Virus record (IMG/VR): IMGVR_UViG_3300050821_004255
Span: 1 to 64,000 of that record
Reading direction: 5' to 3' (one strand)
DNA length: 64,000 bases
Origin: a virus
Below are positions 1-9,923 of the stretch, piece after piece (position 1 is the stretch's first letter; each line of letters starts with the position of its first letter). The position numbers were made by a program, and so were the translations under genes. The notes under the pieces are model-generated. The model saw nothing but the letters and a program-made list of their open reading frames with translations, searched no databases and had not been told where the DNA came from.

Positions 1-2730
1 AATGGCCACTGGATCGTACATGTTGTACAGGGAGATTTCTTGAATCAACTCCCACTGTTTCACGTTTGCCCAACTGAATAAGGCTATGAGGTTTGGGGCG
101 TAAGTAGAGGGCGGCCAATATCCGGCGCACATATGACCATCGCAAACGGAAGGGTTAAAGAGAAACTCTGGACGATGGGTTGCAACAAAACCGAGCCCTT
201 CTCCCTTTACGTCATCAAAGATAGACGAGAAGAAGCTGTTCGCGGTGGTGTACTTGGTAAAGTTTGCAACGGTCTCCGTGCCCGACCAGGGCGAAGAGGA
301 GCTTCCTTTCTGGCAGCGATCAGCCGTCAAGGCAGTAGTCCCACCGCCCGCCGTTACGTGGATATACTCAGCCTTGTTTGCCGCTGTGAGGTCGAGAATC
401 TGCAAATAATCCCCGTTGGCGATATTGGTTCCTGACGCCACGCCTATACTTGCCGCCGTGCAATTATTGGGAAGAGGGGCCGTAAGCGCGGTAGCCGATG
501 TGGTGGCGTTGTAGCCGGCATAATCGGTGTAAGGTGCGAACCCGGTTAGAAAGTCGATACCGAACTGGTATCGTAATACGTCTTCGGGGGCCATCGTCGG
601 CAGCCAGCGCATCCAGTGGGCCAATTGCAAAGGGCGCGGCAGTTCACGCCAATTAGGTCCTACGTTAGAACTCCCACCCGGCCCCCATTTGGCATAGCTT
701 CCACCCGTACATCCAGTAAGCGTAGGAGTGCAGCCAGGGACCAGGAACCAGCGGAGATCCTGGTCATATGTTTCTTTCCATTGAAGACCAGCCCCACCTG
801 CCCAATTTCCGACAGCAGTTGACTCCAGGCCAATACCCGGAGTGTAGGGCGGGTCCCAGGGTCGGCCTGGACGCGGAATACTCAGGCTAGCGACGTATGC
901 GGCGACATCGTTGGCATTTTGCTCCGTACCGCCGCGCCCAAGAGTGGCGATTTTTTGCACGTATGGATGCCAATTAAAGTACCCTAGGTCATAAGCCGGT
1001 ACGTTCCCAGCGGCATGACAACTAACACACGTTCCGCCTGAGCCGTGATTCGGTATCCAGTCGTTACGATCCTTTAGCACTCCAGTTGTGAAAAACGTTT
1101 TTCCGTTGGTTACGTTTCCCCCGTAGCTAGGAAAGCTACTCGGATCGTAGGCCGTATAGCTCGTGGTAGGGATAAGCGAACGCGCCGCGAATGCCGCCGG
1201 TTGCGTCTGGATGGTTGTGTCTCTACTTGTTGGCACTGCATATGTTCCAGCCGGGACGCTCCAAGACCCAACCGTAGGCTGCACGATGGGAAACGTGAAT
1301 GTACTCCCAGAGATTCCCCCGATCACCCGTTTGCCGTTAAAGATCCACTGAGGGCCATCCATATCTCGAATGACGATGGTGTCGCCGTTATGCCATGCAG
1401 CCGGAACCGCGGAGTTAAGTGTGACGGTCGCAGTTGTACCGGAGACGGCGATGGCAGTGATCTTCTGCCAAGCCTGCACTAATGCGAAGTCGAGCAGCCA
1501 CCAGCCATGAACCACGCCGCTTGGACTGCCGGGGAATCGAAAGTTGAGTTGGTTAGTCGTACCCGCCGTGAGATCAGTTGAGCCGAGCGGCACAGCAACC
1601 TGGATGGCTTGCCGGATACCGCGTATGCCGCCGAACCAACGATCTTCATTGACATAGTAAAACTCAGAGACGGAGATGCCCGTGTCATATACGGTGGAAT
1701 CGGTTAACTGACAATCGACTCCAGAACAGGCTGCTATGGGATTAGTTATTGTAAAGCTGGTTGTTGAGGGGACCGTGAGGACGGTTTGGGTGTTGTTTAA
1801 CTGGGCGATCCCAAGACCTCCGCCAGTCTGTGTCGCACCATTGAACTGAATGACTTGGTTAGCCACGAATCCATGAGGGGTCTTAGTATTTACGAGGCAT
1901 GTTGAGCCACTTCCCGCGCAAAAGATATTCGTGACGCCGATATCTTGAAGCGTGTGGTAGGGTTTGCTGTTGACCGATACCATCGGCCAAGCCCCTTCCT
2001 TGGCGTTGAAGATGTTCATCCAAAGTTGCACGCTGGAGACATCTTCACCACCCGCAATCGAGACTGTCTTGCAAGTGGTGTAGTTCTCGAAGCCGTGAAC
2101 CATTGTGGGGATGGTGAACGGGGAAGCCTCACAAGGCTGCTGAACGAAGGGAAGCAGAAGTTTTGAACTTAGCTTGCGCGGCGTGAAAGGATTGCCAGAG
2201 GAATCCACGATCTCGTACCAGAGCTTTGGCTGCCCATACTCCTCGTTGATCGAGAGCGGGCAGGGATCATGGCAAGTTGTATCGGCCAATACAACAGCGG
2301 TCGCAGTAGGAGTCTGTGAGCATCCAGCGAATGCGATACTCACTGTAGGCGCAGAGGTGTAGTCGTTGCCACCGTTGGTTATCACCCAGGCCGAGATAAT
2401 CCCGCTGGTGATTGTCGCCTTCGCGTAGCCGTTGTTTGCCCACGTCGCCGTTGCCGAAGTACATCCTGAGCTTCCATTATTACCGATGGTTAGACTGGAC
2501 ACCCAGCGATGCTCCGGGAAGCCAGGAATAGAGACCCAGGCGAGGAACCGCTGGCTTGCGCCAACCCCAAGATTGACGACCTTGCTTCCACCTAGCGATC
2601 CGGAATTAGTCACCGTGATCGTGGACGCGCCCACGTCGCCGACGAGAGTAGTACCGTCCACGTAGGCAAAGGCTGGTAGTACCAACAGGGCTTGCGCCGC
2701 GAACGCGAACCGGAATATACTCAGTCCCAT
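1..2730 (-). CDS. Large secreted protein (>910 aa, runs off the window start) with beta-rich domains and a c-type cytochrome-like CxxCH domain
   Basis: Absent from ORF track (no stop in window). Hand translation from ATG 2730 is open to base 1: MGLSIFRFAFAAQALLVLPAFA-YVD (signal peptide) ... GNVTNGKTFF...GGTCVSCHAAG...YDLGYFNW...NANDVAAYVASL...PGRPWDPPYTPG. CVSCH at 1015-1029. Confidence 0.85.
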   Translation of the reverse strand, partial: MGLSIFRFAFAAQALLVLPAFAYVDGTTLVGDVGASTITVTNSGSLGGSKVVNLGVGASQRFLAWVSIPGFPEHRWVSSLTIGNNGSSGCTSATATWANNGYAKATITSGIISAWVITNGGNDYTSAPTVSIAFAGCSQTPTATAVVLADTTCHDPCPLSINEEYGQPKLWYEIVDSSGNPFTPRKLSSKLLLPFVQQPCEASPFTIPTMVHGFENYTTCKTVSIAGGEDVSSVQLWMNIFNAKEGAWPMVSVNSKPYHTLQDIGVTNIFCAGSGSTCLVNTKTPHGFVANQVIQFNGATQTGGGLGIAQLNNTQTVLTVPSTTSFTITNPIAACSGVDCQLTDSTVYDTGISVSEFYYVNEDRWFGGIRGIRQAIQVAVPLGSTDLTAGTTNQLNFRFPGSPSGVVHGWWLLDFALVQAWQKITAIAVSGTTATVTLNSAVPAAWHNGDTIVIRDMDGPQWIFNGKRVIGGISGSTFTFPIVQPTVGSWSVPAGTYAVPTSRDTTIQTQPAAFAARSLIPTTSYTAYDPSSFPSYGGNVTNGKTFFTTGVLKDRNDWIPNHGSGGTCVSCHAAGNVPAYDLGYFNWHPYVQKIATLGRGGTEQNANDVAAYVASLSIPRPGRPWDPPYTPGIGLESTAVGNWAGGAGLQWKETYDQDLRWFLVPGCTPTLTGCTGGSYAKWGPGGSSNVGPNWRELPRPLQLAHWMRWLPTMAPEDVLRYQFGIDFLTGFAPYTDYAGYNATTSATALTAPLPNNCTAASIGVASGTNIANGDYLQILDLTAANKAEYIHVTAGGGTTALTADRCQKGSSSSPWSGTETVANFTKYTTANSFFSSIFDDVKGEGLGFVATHRPEFLFNPSVCDGHMCAGYWPPSTYAPNLIALFSWANVKQWELIQEISLYNMYDPVAI

Positions 2731-2878
2731 GGTTGTGAGCGTATTAAAGCGATTGTGGTCTTGGATTCGGGTTCCGCGTCCCGCCGCCGTTTGCCCGCAG
2801 TGTTGCCACGAGATTGAGGAATTTGGCTGTAGTGGCTTCGGCGAATGCAAGCATTGCGGGGACTTTTACTAACTACTT

Positions 2879-3256
2879 TCACGGCTGTACCCTGACATTG
2901 TAAGTTGAACTCGTTAAGGCCAATGTCGCCAAAAGCGAACAGACGCGCACAGATACAGTGTCATTTGAGGATATCCAGGCATTCCACGAGGCTCCAACTC
3001 CAGGATCGGCTGTGGGCGTTACCGAAACGGCCATCCCAGCCCGCGCACCTGCTACGGAGACGGTCGTGGGATTCAAACAGGCGCCGATGCCGGTGATAGT
3101 TCCGCTAATGGCTGAGGTGGTCCCAATCAAGTGGATGTTTGTTATATTGCCAGTTTGGGCGCTCTGACCATGGAGATAAGTCTGCCCTAGGTTAATACAA
3201 ATCGCTAAGACGGTTGCGATCACAACTATTTGTGCGCAGCTTTTACCTTCTCTCAT
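2879..3256 (-). CDS. Small secreted beta-sandwich protein resembling a fibre-tip module
   Basis: N-terminal hydrophobic segment, then TVSVAGARAGMAVSVTP...WNAWISSNDTVSVRVC pattern typical of phage fibre C-terminal modules. Confidence 0.55.
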   Translation of the reverse strand: MREGKSCAQIVVIATVLAICINLGQTYLHGQSAQTGNITNIHLIGTTSAISGTITGIGACLNPTTVSVAGARAGMAVSVTPTADPGVGASWNAWISSNDTVSVRVCSLLATLALTSSTYNVRVQP

Positions 3257-3266
3257 TTCTTGTCCT

Positions 3267-5945
3267 TTACGGAATTGACGCTACACAAGCCGTGATATCC
3301 AGACCTCCGGTCAGTGTATTCGCATTCAGGTTTTGGTTTGCAGTGAGAGCCAACGTCAGGTTAGACCCAGCCCAGGTCGCGGACTTAAGGAGAACCGAAT
3401 CAGAGAAATTCGTATTACTGACAGCGGCAGTCATGTCATAACTACCGGGCAGGTAATATGTCGTACCCCCTACTGAATCGCCTATTGTGGCTGTGAGTGT
3501 AGTAAAGCCAGTCCCAGACCAAGCCGTAGTTGTTTTCACGCTTACCTTGGTTAATTTATACTTCGGCCCTATATACCAAAGTGGCACCGCCTGGGTAGTC
3601 GCGGCGGATATGGCAACACCTGGGCCGGATGTATGACCATTGGCGGCAATTGTCCAGTTCGTAGTCCCATTCACCCCTATCGAGAATCTATTACAGATTG
3701 CAATGTCTCCTTGCCCCACCGCCCGCATTACAGCAGGGGCGATATAGGTTGCTCCTAGAGCATTACCTGCTACTGAGGGATGCGTAGCATCCGCGTACCA
3801 AGTGGTAGTGTAATTACCGTTCTGGCCCATATTCGGGTCATTTCCCCAGAATGCAACCGCATCTGTTGCGAGTGTTCCGTTGAGAAAGCCAGCCGCGATA
3901 CTAGCGTTTAGCGTTCCACGGTTTGTATCCGTTGGAGCAACTCGCGAGAGTATGGTCACTGTAACGTTGTATCCACCATAACTGTGGACATTTGTTGAGT
4001 AACTTTGAGTACTAGAGTATGTCGCGGCAGCGGTTCCTCCAGTCGCCAGATCATTGCTACCCCCAAAGTTTACAACAACTGATTTTGCGGGAGCGTACTG
4101 CTTGATAAGCCCTTGAATGACAGTCGGCATGCGGGTGACCATAGTAGATAATGTCTGCCCGCCCAGTCCAAGCGGCTGAATATTGTAAGGAATTGGAATC
4201 AAATCCTGTATAAACTGTTGCCACGATCCTAGATACCCATTATTACCCTCATTGCTAGAAATCGAATCGCCGTGCGTAATCACCTGTGTCGATGTAGGAT
4301 TATTGTCTACGATACGCACTCCATGATCCAATAAAATACGTTGCTCAACATATTGTTCCATCGCAGCGATTTGGGAGGCAGTAAGCGCTGTAGAGAAACC
4401 TGCGCTATAAAGGTATGTACCTGACATTCCAAAGCCACCACCATCTGTAAAGTCCCCAACCATGAACCCTGCTGAAGTTGGGAATGTCAAAGCATTTGCG
4501 TTCATATAACCGCTAACCTCCCGCCCATTCTGCCAGATCCGATTGTTTCCACCGGGGAGTGTGAATGTAGTAACGGTTGGCCCAACACTCTTATTATTCC
4601 CCGCAACGGCTGCATCATTGCTCCCAGATGCGCCACAAAATAGAGTCAAATTACGCTGACACAATCCAAAGATAGGGTAGCCAACTCCGTTGGAAAACAT
4701 AGCCTCAGTCAGAACTTGATTGTTTGTAGCCGCAGCATAGATATTTGGAATATAGGCCACGACAATTGTCTTGATATTTGCTGGGATAGTGCCTGAAGTA
4801 TTCCCAGCGGGAATTGTATAGTTCTGTGTTCCGTCATCTGTGATACCGCTACCATCCGCTGCCCATGCCGGGGGATGGCCCGTAGAAAAGGTACCTGTAT
4901 TTCCGTTCCCACAACCGTCAGCTACGGTAGTGCCGGTCCCTTCAATGTATCGATGTTCCCATAGGCAGACCGCCGTTGCTGCCGCTGGCATAGTTGGTCC
5001 GCCGCCGCTCTGCGCTTGCCAAGTGGCAGTGGTGGAACTGGTTGCAGTGGGCACATAACCAATCGAAGGAGTGCCCGATACACCCACGCCGTTGATCTTT
5101 GCCACGGTGACCGCCCCGCCAACCGCAATCGTAGCGTCTCCACTCATCGCAACATCGGTTGCATGGAAGACTGTGTCAGTAGCTTGCAGGATTTTACCCG
5201 CAGTGGAAGGTGCCCCATAAGCCGTTGGAGATCCACTACGACTCCATAAAGCATCATCGTTGGTTCCGGTCGCTTTACCCATTACGCCGGTCGCATCCAT
5301 TAATAGGACCCCAGCAGGTTGAACAGAAGTCGGCAGGGCTCCAGCAGTTAGTTGTATTCCGCCACTACCAGCGCTGAGACTTGTGATAATCGGTCCAGTG
5401 AACGTGCAGCCGAAGAGTTGACAATAGAGGGAGTTTAGGTATGTGGTGCTAACATCTAACGTTGGCGTTGCCGTTCCGGTATTGCCGATCACAACCGAAC
5501 CGTTCGGACTGGTTGGAATCAGGGGGCTGAAGTTTCCCTGTTGCGGATTCTGTAACTCCCATCTAGCATTTGCCAAATCATAAATAGCGCACGCTTCCGC
5601 AAGTGTGCTAATATCGCCCGCAACAAGAGCGGACCCTGCCGGAGCCTTTACTATTACAGTCGCGGTAAGCCCGTTGGGTGAAAATGTTGGGTTTGCACCA
5701 GTGTTGAGTGCAGCCGGAAGCCAGCAGACCGAGAGGCCCTGCGTTAGGGACGTAATAGCCGGGGAGTATGTGGCTGTCTGTGCTTGTGCCGTTCCGCCGC
5801 CGGTTGCATGGAGCGCGGCTGCTGCTACTGTAGCGGTGAAGGTAACACCCGAACCGCCAGTTCCACCGCCAGGATTCACATTGGGAGGCTGGGCCATCAG
5901 GCCAACCGTAAGGCAGAAAACGGTTAGCGCGAGCCGTCGAAGCAT
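3267..5945 (-). CDS. Signal-peptide fibre-like protein with LamG-like and SGNH/GDSL hydrolase domains
   Basis: Probable start MLRRLALTVFCLTVGLMA-Q; phage-fibre-like N-terminal block (YSPAITSLTQGL...LVAGDI...YD...W.LQNP); SGNH blocks HGDSI, GLGGQT, FGGSND, DATHP. Confidence 0.75.
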   Translation of the reverse strand: MLRRLALTVFCLTVGLMAQPPNVNPGGGTGGSGVTFTATVAAAALHATGGGTAQAQTATYSPAITSLTQGLSVCWLPAALNTGANPTFSPNGLTATVIVKAPAGSALVAGDISTLAEACAIYDLANARWELQNPQQGNFSPLIPTSPNGSVVIGNTGTATPTLDVSTTYLNSLYCQLFGCTFTGPIITSLSAGSGGIQLTAGALPTSVQPAGVLLMDATGVMGKATGTNDDALWSRSGSPTAYGAPSTAGKILQATDTVFHATDVAMSGDATIAVGGAVTVAKINGVGVSGTPSIGYVPTATSSTTATWQAQSGGGPTMPAAATAVCLWEHRYIEGTGTTVADGCGNGNTGTFSTGHPPAWAADGSGITDDGTQNYTIPAGNTSGTIPANIKTIVVAYIPNIYAAATNNQVLTEAMFSNGVGYPIFGLCQRNLTLFCGASGSNDAAVAGNNKSVGPTVTTFTLPGGNNRIWQNGREVSGYMNANALTFPTSAGFMVGDFTDGGGFGMSGTYLYSAGFSTALTASQIAAMEQYVEQRILLDHGVRIVDNNPTSTQVITHGDSISSNEGNNGYLGSWQQFIQDLIPIPYNIQPLGLGGQTLSTMVTRMPTVIQGLIKQYAPAKSVVVNFGGSNDLATGGTAAATYSSTQSYSTNVHSYGGYNVTVTILSRVAPTDTNRGTLNASIAAGFLNGTLATDAVAFWGNDPNMGQNGNYTTTWYADATHPSVAGNALGATYIAPAVMRAVGQGDIAICNRFSIGVNGTTNWTIAANGHTSGPGVAISAATTQAVPLWYIGPKYKLTKVSVKTTTAWSGTGFTTLTATIGDSVGGTTYYLPGSYDMTAAVSNTNFSDSVLLKSATWAGSNLTLALTANQNLNANTLTGGLDITACVASIP

Positions 5946-5947
5946 GA

Positions 5948-6262
5948 TCAGGCCACCCACCATGTTACGAGAAACTTCATTCCACCCACATCGGCGTCTA
6001 GGAAATAATCAGCCAGTCGATTGGGGTTTTGACCAGGATAAGGCCCTGGAGAGGTAAACGAGGCTGTGATGACTGCTAGATCGTAAATGACGCCAACGCC
6101 GGTAGCTTTTGTGAGGTTGCTGAGGCCGACATAGCCGGAGCCTGCCGCATTCCCGTAGAGTTGCTTGACCAGAAAGGAACTGCACATGATCGTGCCGTCC
6201 GATGTCAAGGCTACGGGCGTACCTGCCGACGCGACCGTGACTATAGCTTGGTGAGGGGCCAT
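5948..6262 (-). CDS. Hypothetical small beta-rich (virion?) protein
   Basis: 104-aa ORF heading the leftward fibre operon, directly after a good promoter. Confidence 0.6.
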   Translation of the reverse strand: MAPHQAIVTVASAGTPVALTSDGTIMCSSFLVKQLYGNAAGSGYVGLSNLTKATGVGVIYDLAVITASFTSPGPYPGQNPNRLADYFLDADVGGMKFLVTWWVA

Positions 6263-6268
6263 GTCTAG

Positions 6269-6297
6269 ATCATACAGCGTTTCTTCGACTTAGGCAA
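6269..6297 (-). promoter_or_regulatory. Sigma70-type promoter, leaderless transcript
   Basis: TTGCCT-N17-TATGAT-N6-ATG(6262). Confidence 0.65.
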
Positions 6298-6315
6298 CAA
6301 AAGTTTAAGCAATCC

Positions 6316-7086
6316 TTAAAATAGCCGTTTCAGATTGGATAGCCGATCCCATTCACGGGAATCTTCTACAGGTGTGTTTTCATCCGTCCGATTGGCGGTG
6401 TTCCCATTCTTAAGCGCCTGCTGCGTTAGCTGGTCCGGATCGGGGAATCCTTGATTCACGGCCATTCGCGGCGTTATGGTTGGCCGAGCCTTGCGGTACC
6501 GCATCGCCGCTTGGCTCAGGATATCAGCTTTGACGGTGGCCGGATCGCATTTCATGTCGGAAGTGAAAAGATTGACCTGTGGCCCGTCTTCCTCGCTGGC
6601 ATCCTGGGCGTATAAAACGCGCACGAACTCCGTACCCTGCGGAGACGGCCTTACGTGCCGGTTAAGCGTTATTTTCCCAACGTCTGGAAGATCGATCGTT
6701 AGAGAAATCGGCAATGTATTCAAAGCCAGACTCTGAAGTTTAGCTTTCTTTTTTTCGACTTCCTCGTAGGTGTCCTGCATCACGGCGCTATCGGGATTTC
6801 TGACAATAGCCGTGGGTGGGGCTTCTTCGATGATCCTAGCGCCGTTTGCAGGAGCCGCTCCGATCAGCACGCCTTGCCCAAGATCCACTTCTTTGTACTG
6901 GCGCTCTGACGTCTGGATCAAGATGTTGGTTTTTGCCTTGGGCGCGGGTCCATCGCCTAGGATCGCCTCAGCCAGATCCAGGCCTTCCACAATGCACGCT
7001 GCGAGATCTGACGGCGAAAGGCCTCGGTCGGCATTGCGCTCAATCACTCGGGCGATGACTTGCTGATAGTGCGCTGGCTGGCTCAA
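6316..7086 (-). CDS. Hypothetical protein
   Basis: 256-aa ORF, GGAG upstream of TTG start; contains a palindrome copy. Confidence 0.65.
   Translation of the reverse strand: MSQPAHYQQVIARVIERNADRGLSPSDLAACIVEGLDLAEAILGDGPAPKAKTNILIQTSERQYKEVDLGQGVLIGAAPANGARIIEEAPPTAIVRNPDSAVMQDTYEEVEKKKAKLQSLALNTLPISLTIDLPDVGKITLNRHVRPSPQGTEFVRVLYAQDASEEDGPQVNLFTSDMKCDPATVKADILSQAAMRYRKARPTITPRMAVNQGFPDPDQLTQQALKNGNTANRTDENTPVEDSREWDRLSNLKRLF
6909..6926. repeat. 18-bp dispersed palindrome, copy 1
   Basis: ACGTCTGGATCAAGATGT, intragenic. Confidence 0.95.
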
Positions 7087-7096
7087 GCTCCGGCTC

Positions 7097-7636
7097 CTAG
7101 ACAGTTGGGTACGAATTAGCCGCTTGCATCTCTTCTAATTCAGCCAGTTCCCGAGCGCGCTCCGGCGTTTCGCCAGCGGCGCGATGCGCCATCTCAGAAA
7201 AAACTCTGTCTTTGTGCTCATCGGTCGCCGTCTCCAGCGAATCTTTGCTCATGCCGGGACCAACGACTAATTTAGTGAACTCGGCCACTGTCTCTCGATG
7301 CTTATCGGTCGCCACGGCGATCGCCTCACAGGCCTTGGTTGTGCCCTCCAGAATCTTCTCGCTGGCTTTCGCGCTGGAGTTGAGGGACTCAGTTAAGTAG
7401 TCGGTGCGACTGGCTAGTAGCCTCAGGCACGCTGCAAAGTCGGTCCTAGCCGTCGCTAGTTCTGCGGCCAGAGCTTCCTGTGATATCGCCAGTCGAGCCA
7501 CGGTGTCGATATTCGCTTTGTTGCGTTTTGCAGACTCTTCGCGTGCGTGCTTGACGGCGGCTATGATTTTGGTCGTGGCGAAATAAACCAAAATGGACAG
7601 TGCCGCGACAGTTACTGGATTCGATACAATTTGCAT
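7097..7636 (-). CDS. Membrane-anchored coiled-coil protein
   Basis: N-terminal TM helix (VTVAALSILVYFA) followed by helical region; start uncertain. Confidence 0.6.
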   Translation of the reverse strand: MQIVSNPVTVAALSILVYFATTKIIAAVKHAREESAKRNKANIDTVARLAISQEALAAELATARTDFAACLRLLASRTDYLTESLNSSAKASEKILEGTTKACEAIAVATDKHRETVAEFTKLVVGPGMSKDSLETATDEHKDRVFSEMAHRAAGETPERARELAELEEMQAANSYPTV

Positions 7637-7665
7637 TTCTGTACACGAAAATGCTACCATCAATC

Positions 7666-7944
7666 ATGGGCCAAGTCAATCATGTAGAATCACCAGCGAA
7701 ACGGCGTCTGGGTAAACTTGGGAGACCGGCGCTTCCTGCCAAGCGAAAACGAGCCAGGATTTCTGTGCGAATCTTACCGGCAACCGAAGAGGCCCTAACC
7801 AAGATCGGCGCACGTAACCTGGGCCGCGCAATTGATGAAATCGTGTCCGTCATCACCATAGACGCTCGCATGAAGAAAGCCTGCAAGACGGCACGCGAAC
7901 GCCTTGGCTTCGAGGACGACGGAATCCCAACTCAGCGAATTTAG
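7666..7944 (+). CDS. Ribbon-helix-helix-like DNA-binding protein
   Basis: GRP hook then RISVRILPATEEALTKIG...GRAIDEIV strand-helix-helix pattern; TTGCAT-N18-TACCAT upstream of ATG 7666. Confidence 0.6.
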   Translation: MGQVNHVESPAKRRLGKLGRPALPAKRKRARISVRILPATEEALTKIGARNLGRAIDEIVSVITIDARMKKACKTARERLGFEDDGIPTQRI

Positions 7945-8111
7945 GCCGCAGGAGTCTCTGGCGCTTTAGGGCAAAACTTCGAATGGACGAATTGCAGCAC
8001 GCGAGCCTGGGCGGCGGGGTCAAGTTCGGCAATAATTCGGCCAATCCTGGAAATAGCGGCGATCTCTGGATCTGTGGCGGTGCGGGTTCGAGCGGTAGCG
8101 GGTTTAGTCAT
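7941..8111 (-). CDS. Small hypothetical protein
   Basis: MTKPATART...; ATG lies 7 nt after a -10 box. Confidence 0.55.
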   Translation of the reverse strand: MTKPATARTRTATDPEIAAISRIGRIIAELDPAAQARVLQFVHSKFCPKAPETPAA

Positions 8112-8118
8112 GGCATTT

Positions 8119-8147
8119 ATTGTACACGAAAAGTACGTCTGGATCAA
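8119..8147 (-). promoter_or_regulatory. Sigma70-type promoter whose -35 lies inside a palindrome copy
   Basis: TTGATC(8147-8142)-N17-TACAAT(8124-8119)-N7-ATG(8111). Confidence 0.65.
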
Positions 8148-8152
8148 GACGT
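8135..8152. repeat. 18-bp dispersed palindrome, copy 2
   Basis: ACGTCTGGATCAAGACGT, 4 nt past the stop at 8157. Confidence 0.95.
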
Positions 8153-8156
8153 AAAA

Positions 8157-8903
8157 TCACTCGTCTTCGTCTGTTTCGAACCGGATCAGTCGGCCATTTT
8201 TGGAACGAGGCTCGGGTGGGTCTGGAGGCTTCGGCGCAGTCGGCTTGGATGGTCGAGTCTGAATCGAACCCATGGCGAACTGCAAAGCCATGGAGCGATC
8301 ATCATCGAGTGCATTGCGCAACCCCTGAAATGGATTGTTGGTGGCCTGCTGACCTCCCTGTAGCCAGCCGTAATTTGCTAATCGGTTTGACTCCGCCTCG
8401 GCAACTTGTTGAGACCACTGCATGAACTGCGCTTTAGCCTTGAAACGCTCTGCCTCGTCCCGCTGCTTACGCCACTGCGCTTCCGCGTAAAGCTTCTCAA
8501 TCGTATCTCCACTCGGCAGTGGCGTTCCCACATTCTTGATGACCGCGCTGCTTGCTGGATCTTTGCCGATCATGTACATATCTCCCATGGGAATGCCAGA
8601 ATCCATCTGGATCTCTGGAAAAGTAGCGCTTGACGAACCGGCCTCGCGCCAACCGGCACCGTATTCCTTCCAGCGCCGCTCCACGCATGTAGCGGCCACC
8701 CCGCCAATCCTTGCGACTAATTCCAATCCGTCTAAGCCGTCATATTCTAGCGTTGCGTAAACCAATTCAAGCGGTAACGATCTACGGAGCGCAAGGCGGT
8801 GGCGTAGGCGTGGTGAATCGTAGCATCTGCGGACGTATTTCTGATTGTCCGAAAGGAGATCTGCCGCCCAATCCGGCAAGCCGTTCGTGTTCAGTTCAGT
8901 CAT
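8157..8903 (-). CDS. Hypothetical protein with RSKNGRLIRFETDEDE C-terminal tail
   Basis: Long ORF overlapping the upstream gene's stop; start MTELNTNG probable. Confidence 0.65.
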   Translation of the reverse strand: MTELNTNGLPDWAADLLSDNQKYVRRCYDSPRLRHRLALRRSLPLELVYATLEYDGLDGLELVARIGGVAATCVERRWKEYGAGWREAGSSSATFPEIQMDSGIPMGDMYMIGKDPASSAVIKNVGTPLPSGDTIEKLYAEAQWRKQRDEAERFKAKAQFMQWSQQVAEAESNRLANYGWLQGGQQATNNPFQGLRNALDDDRSMALQFAMGSIQTRPSKPTAPKPPDPPEPRSKNGRLIRFETDEDE

Positions 8904-9894
8904 CGTCGTCGTCCGTCTCAAAGCGTATCATACGCCCATTCTTGGAGCGAATCTCTGGCGTTGGCTGTTCAGCCAAGATCTTGTCGATTCGATCTAGATC
9001 CTCAGTTATGCTGGGTCTTCGTATGCCTTCTTTGGTCGTCCACGTTCTCCACTGAAACTGTGGTGGGGGACTTACATTAGCCTCGCGCTCCAATAGTGAC
9101 ACCGCCAACTGTATCTGGGCCTCTAAATCTCCCGATACGTCAAGCGACGGGTATGTGCCGGCCACAGCGCGTCTCCAAGCATCTAGTATGCTCAAGTCAG
9201 AAGCTGATCGAAGAATTGGCGTAGGCAACCTGAGCCGAATCTCATTCAACGCGTTTCGCTGATCGGGATCGAGTCCAGGGCCGTCCCACTCGTTCACGGT
9301 TTTGGGTTTCGTCTCTGGCGGTGGGTATGGCCGTGCCGATGGATGGCCGTCTGAAATGAAATTGCTCAGTGACGGAAATTCGCCAACGGGCGTTCCTGTC
9401 GCCTCACTCAGAAAGAACGATGTGCCATCCCAAACGGACATCAAATATGGATTTACATTGAAGTAATCCAGCGAGTCACGGTGGTAAAAGAGTGCGCCAT
9501 CTGTATCGTCGCCATGGAAGCTGCTTTTGCGTAGGCGAGTCATAAATACAGGAAGCCTTTGGTTTGGAAGCGGCTCATCAAAGCCATAGACGACGCCTCG
9601 GCGCGGAATCGCCAGCGCCGGGAACCATGAATCGCCCTGTTCGGTTGGATACAACTGCAAGATCGCTTGGGGCTTGATCTCATCTTCCATCGCCAGGACG
9701 GTGCCGTAGCCACTCTCCCCGATGGCGTCTTTCAACTTGGCGCGAATGTCTTTTGGATACTGAACAGCGATATAACGCCGGCGAGCTTCTAACCGGCGCA
9801 GGCCGTCGAAATTTAGCTGATAATTCAGCTTGAAAAGTTCGCGATGGATGTTGAATGCGCCCACTGAATTATTGTACGCTAAAATGCTGGACAT
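8896..9894 (-). CDS. Hypothetical protein with RSKNGRMIRFETDDDDD C-terminal tail
   Basis: 332-aa ORF. Confidence 0.65.
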   Translation of the reverse strand: MSSILAYNNSVGAFNIHRELFKLNYQLNFDGLRRLEARRRYIAVQYPKDIRAKLKDAIGESGYGTVLAMEDEIKPQAILQLYPTEQGDSWFPALAIPRRGVVYGFDEPLPNQRLPVFMTRLRKSSFHGDDTDGALFYHRDSLDYFNVNPYLMSVWDGTSFFLSEATGTPVGEFPSLSNFISDGHPSARPYPPPETKPKTVNEWDGPGLDPDQRNALNEIRLRLPTPILRSASDLSILDAWRRAVAGTYPSLDVSGDLEAQIQLAVSLLEREANVSPPPQFQWRTWTTKEGIRRPSITEDLDRIDKILAEQPTPEIRSKNGRMIRFETDDDDD

Positions 9895-9923
9895 GGCAAG
9901 GGAATCGTGGGAGAATATTGGGC

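Noticed and set aside
133-2665. Short + strand ORFs in the first 2.7 kb
   Set aside because: Shadows of the uninterrupted - strand gene 1-2730.
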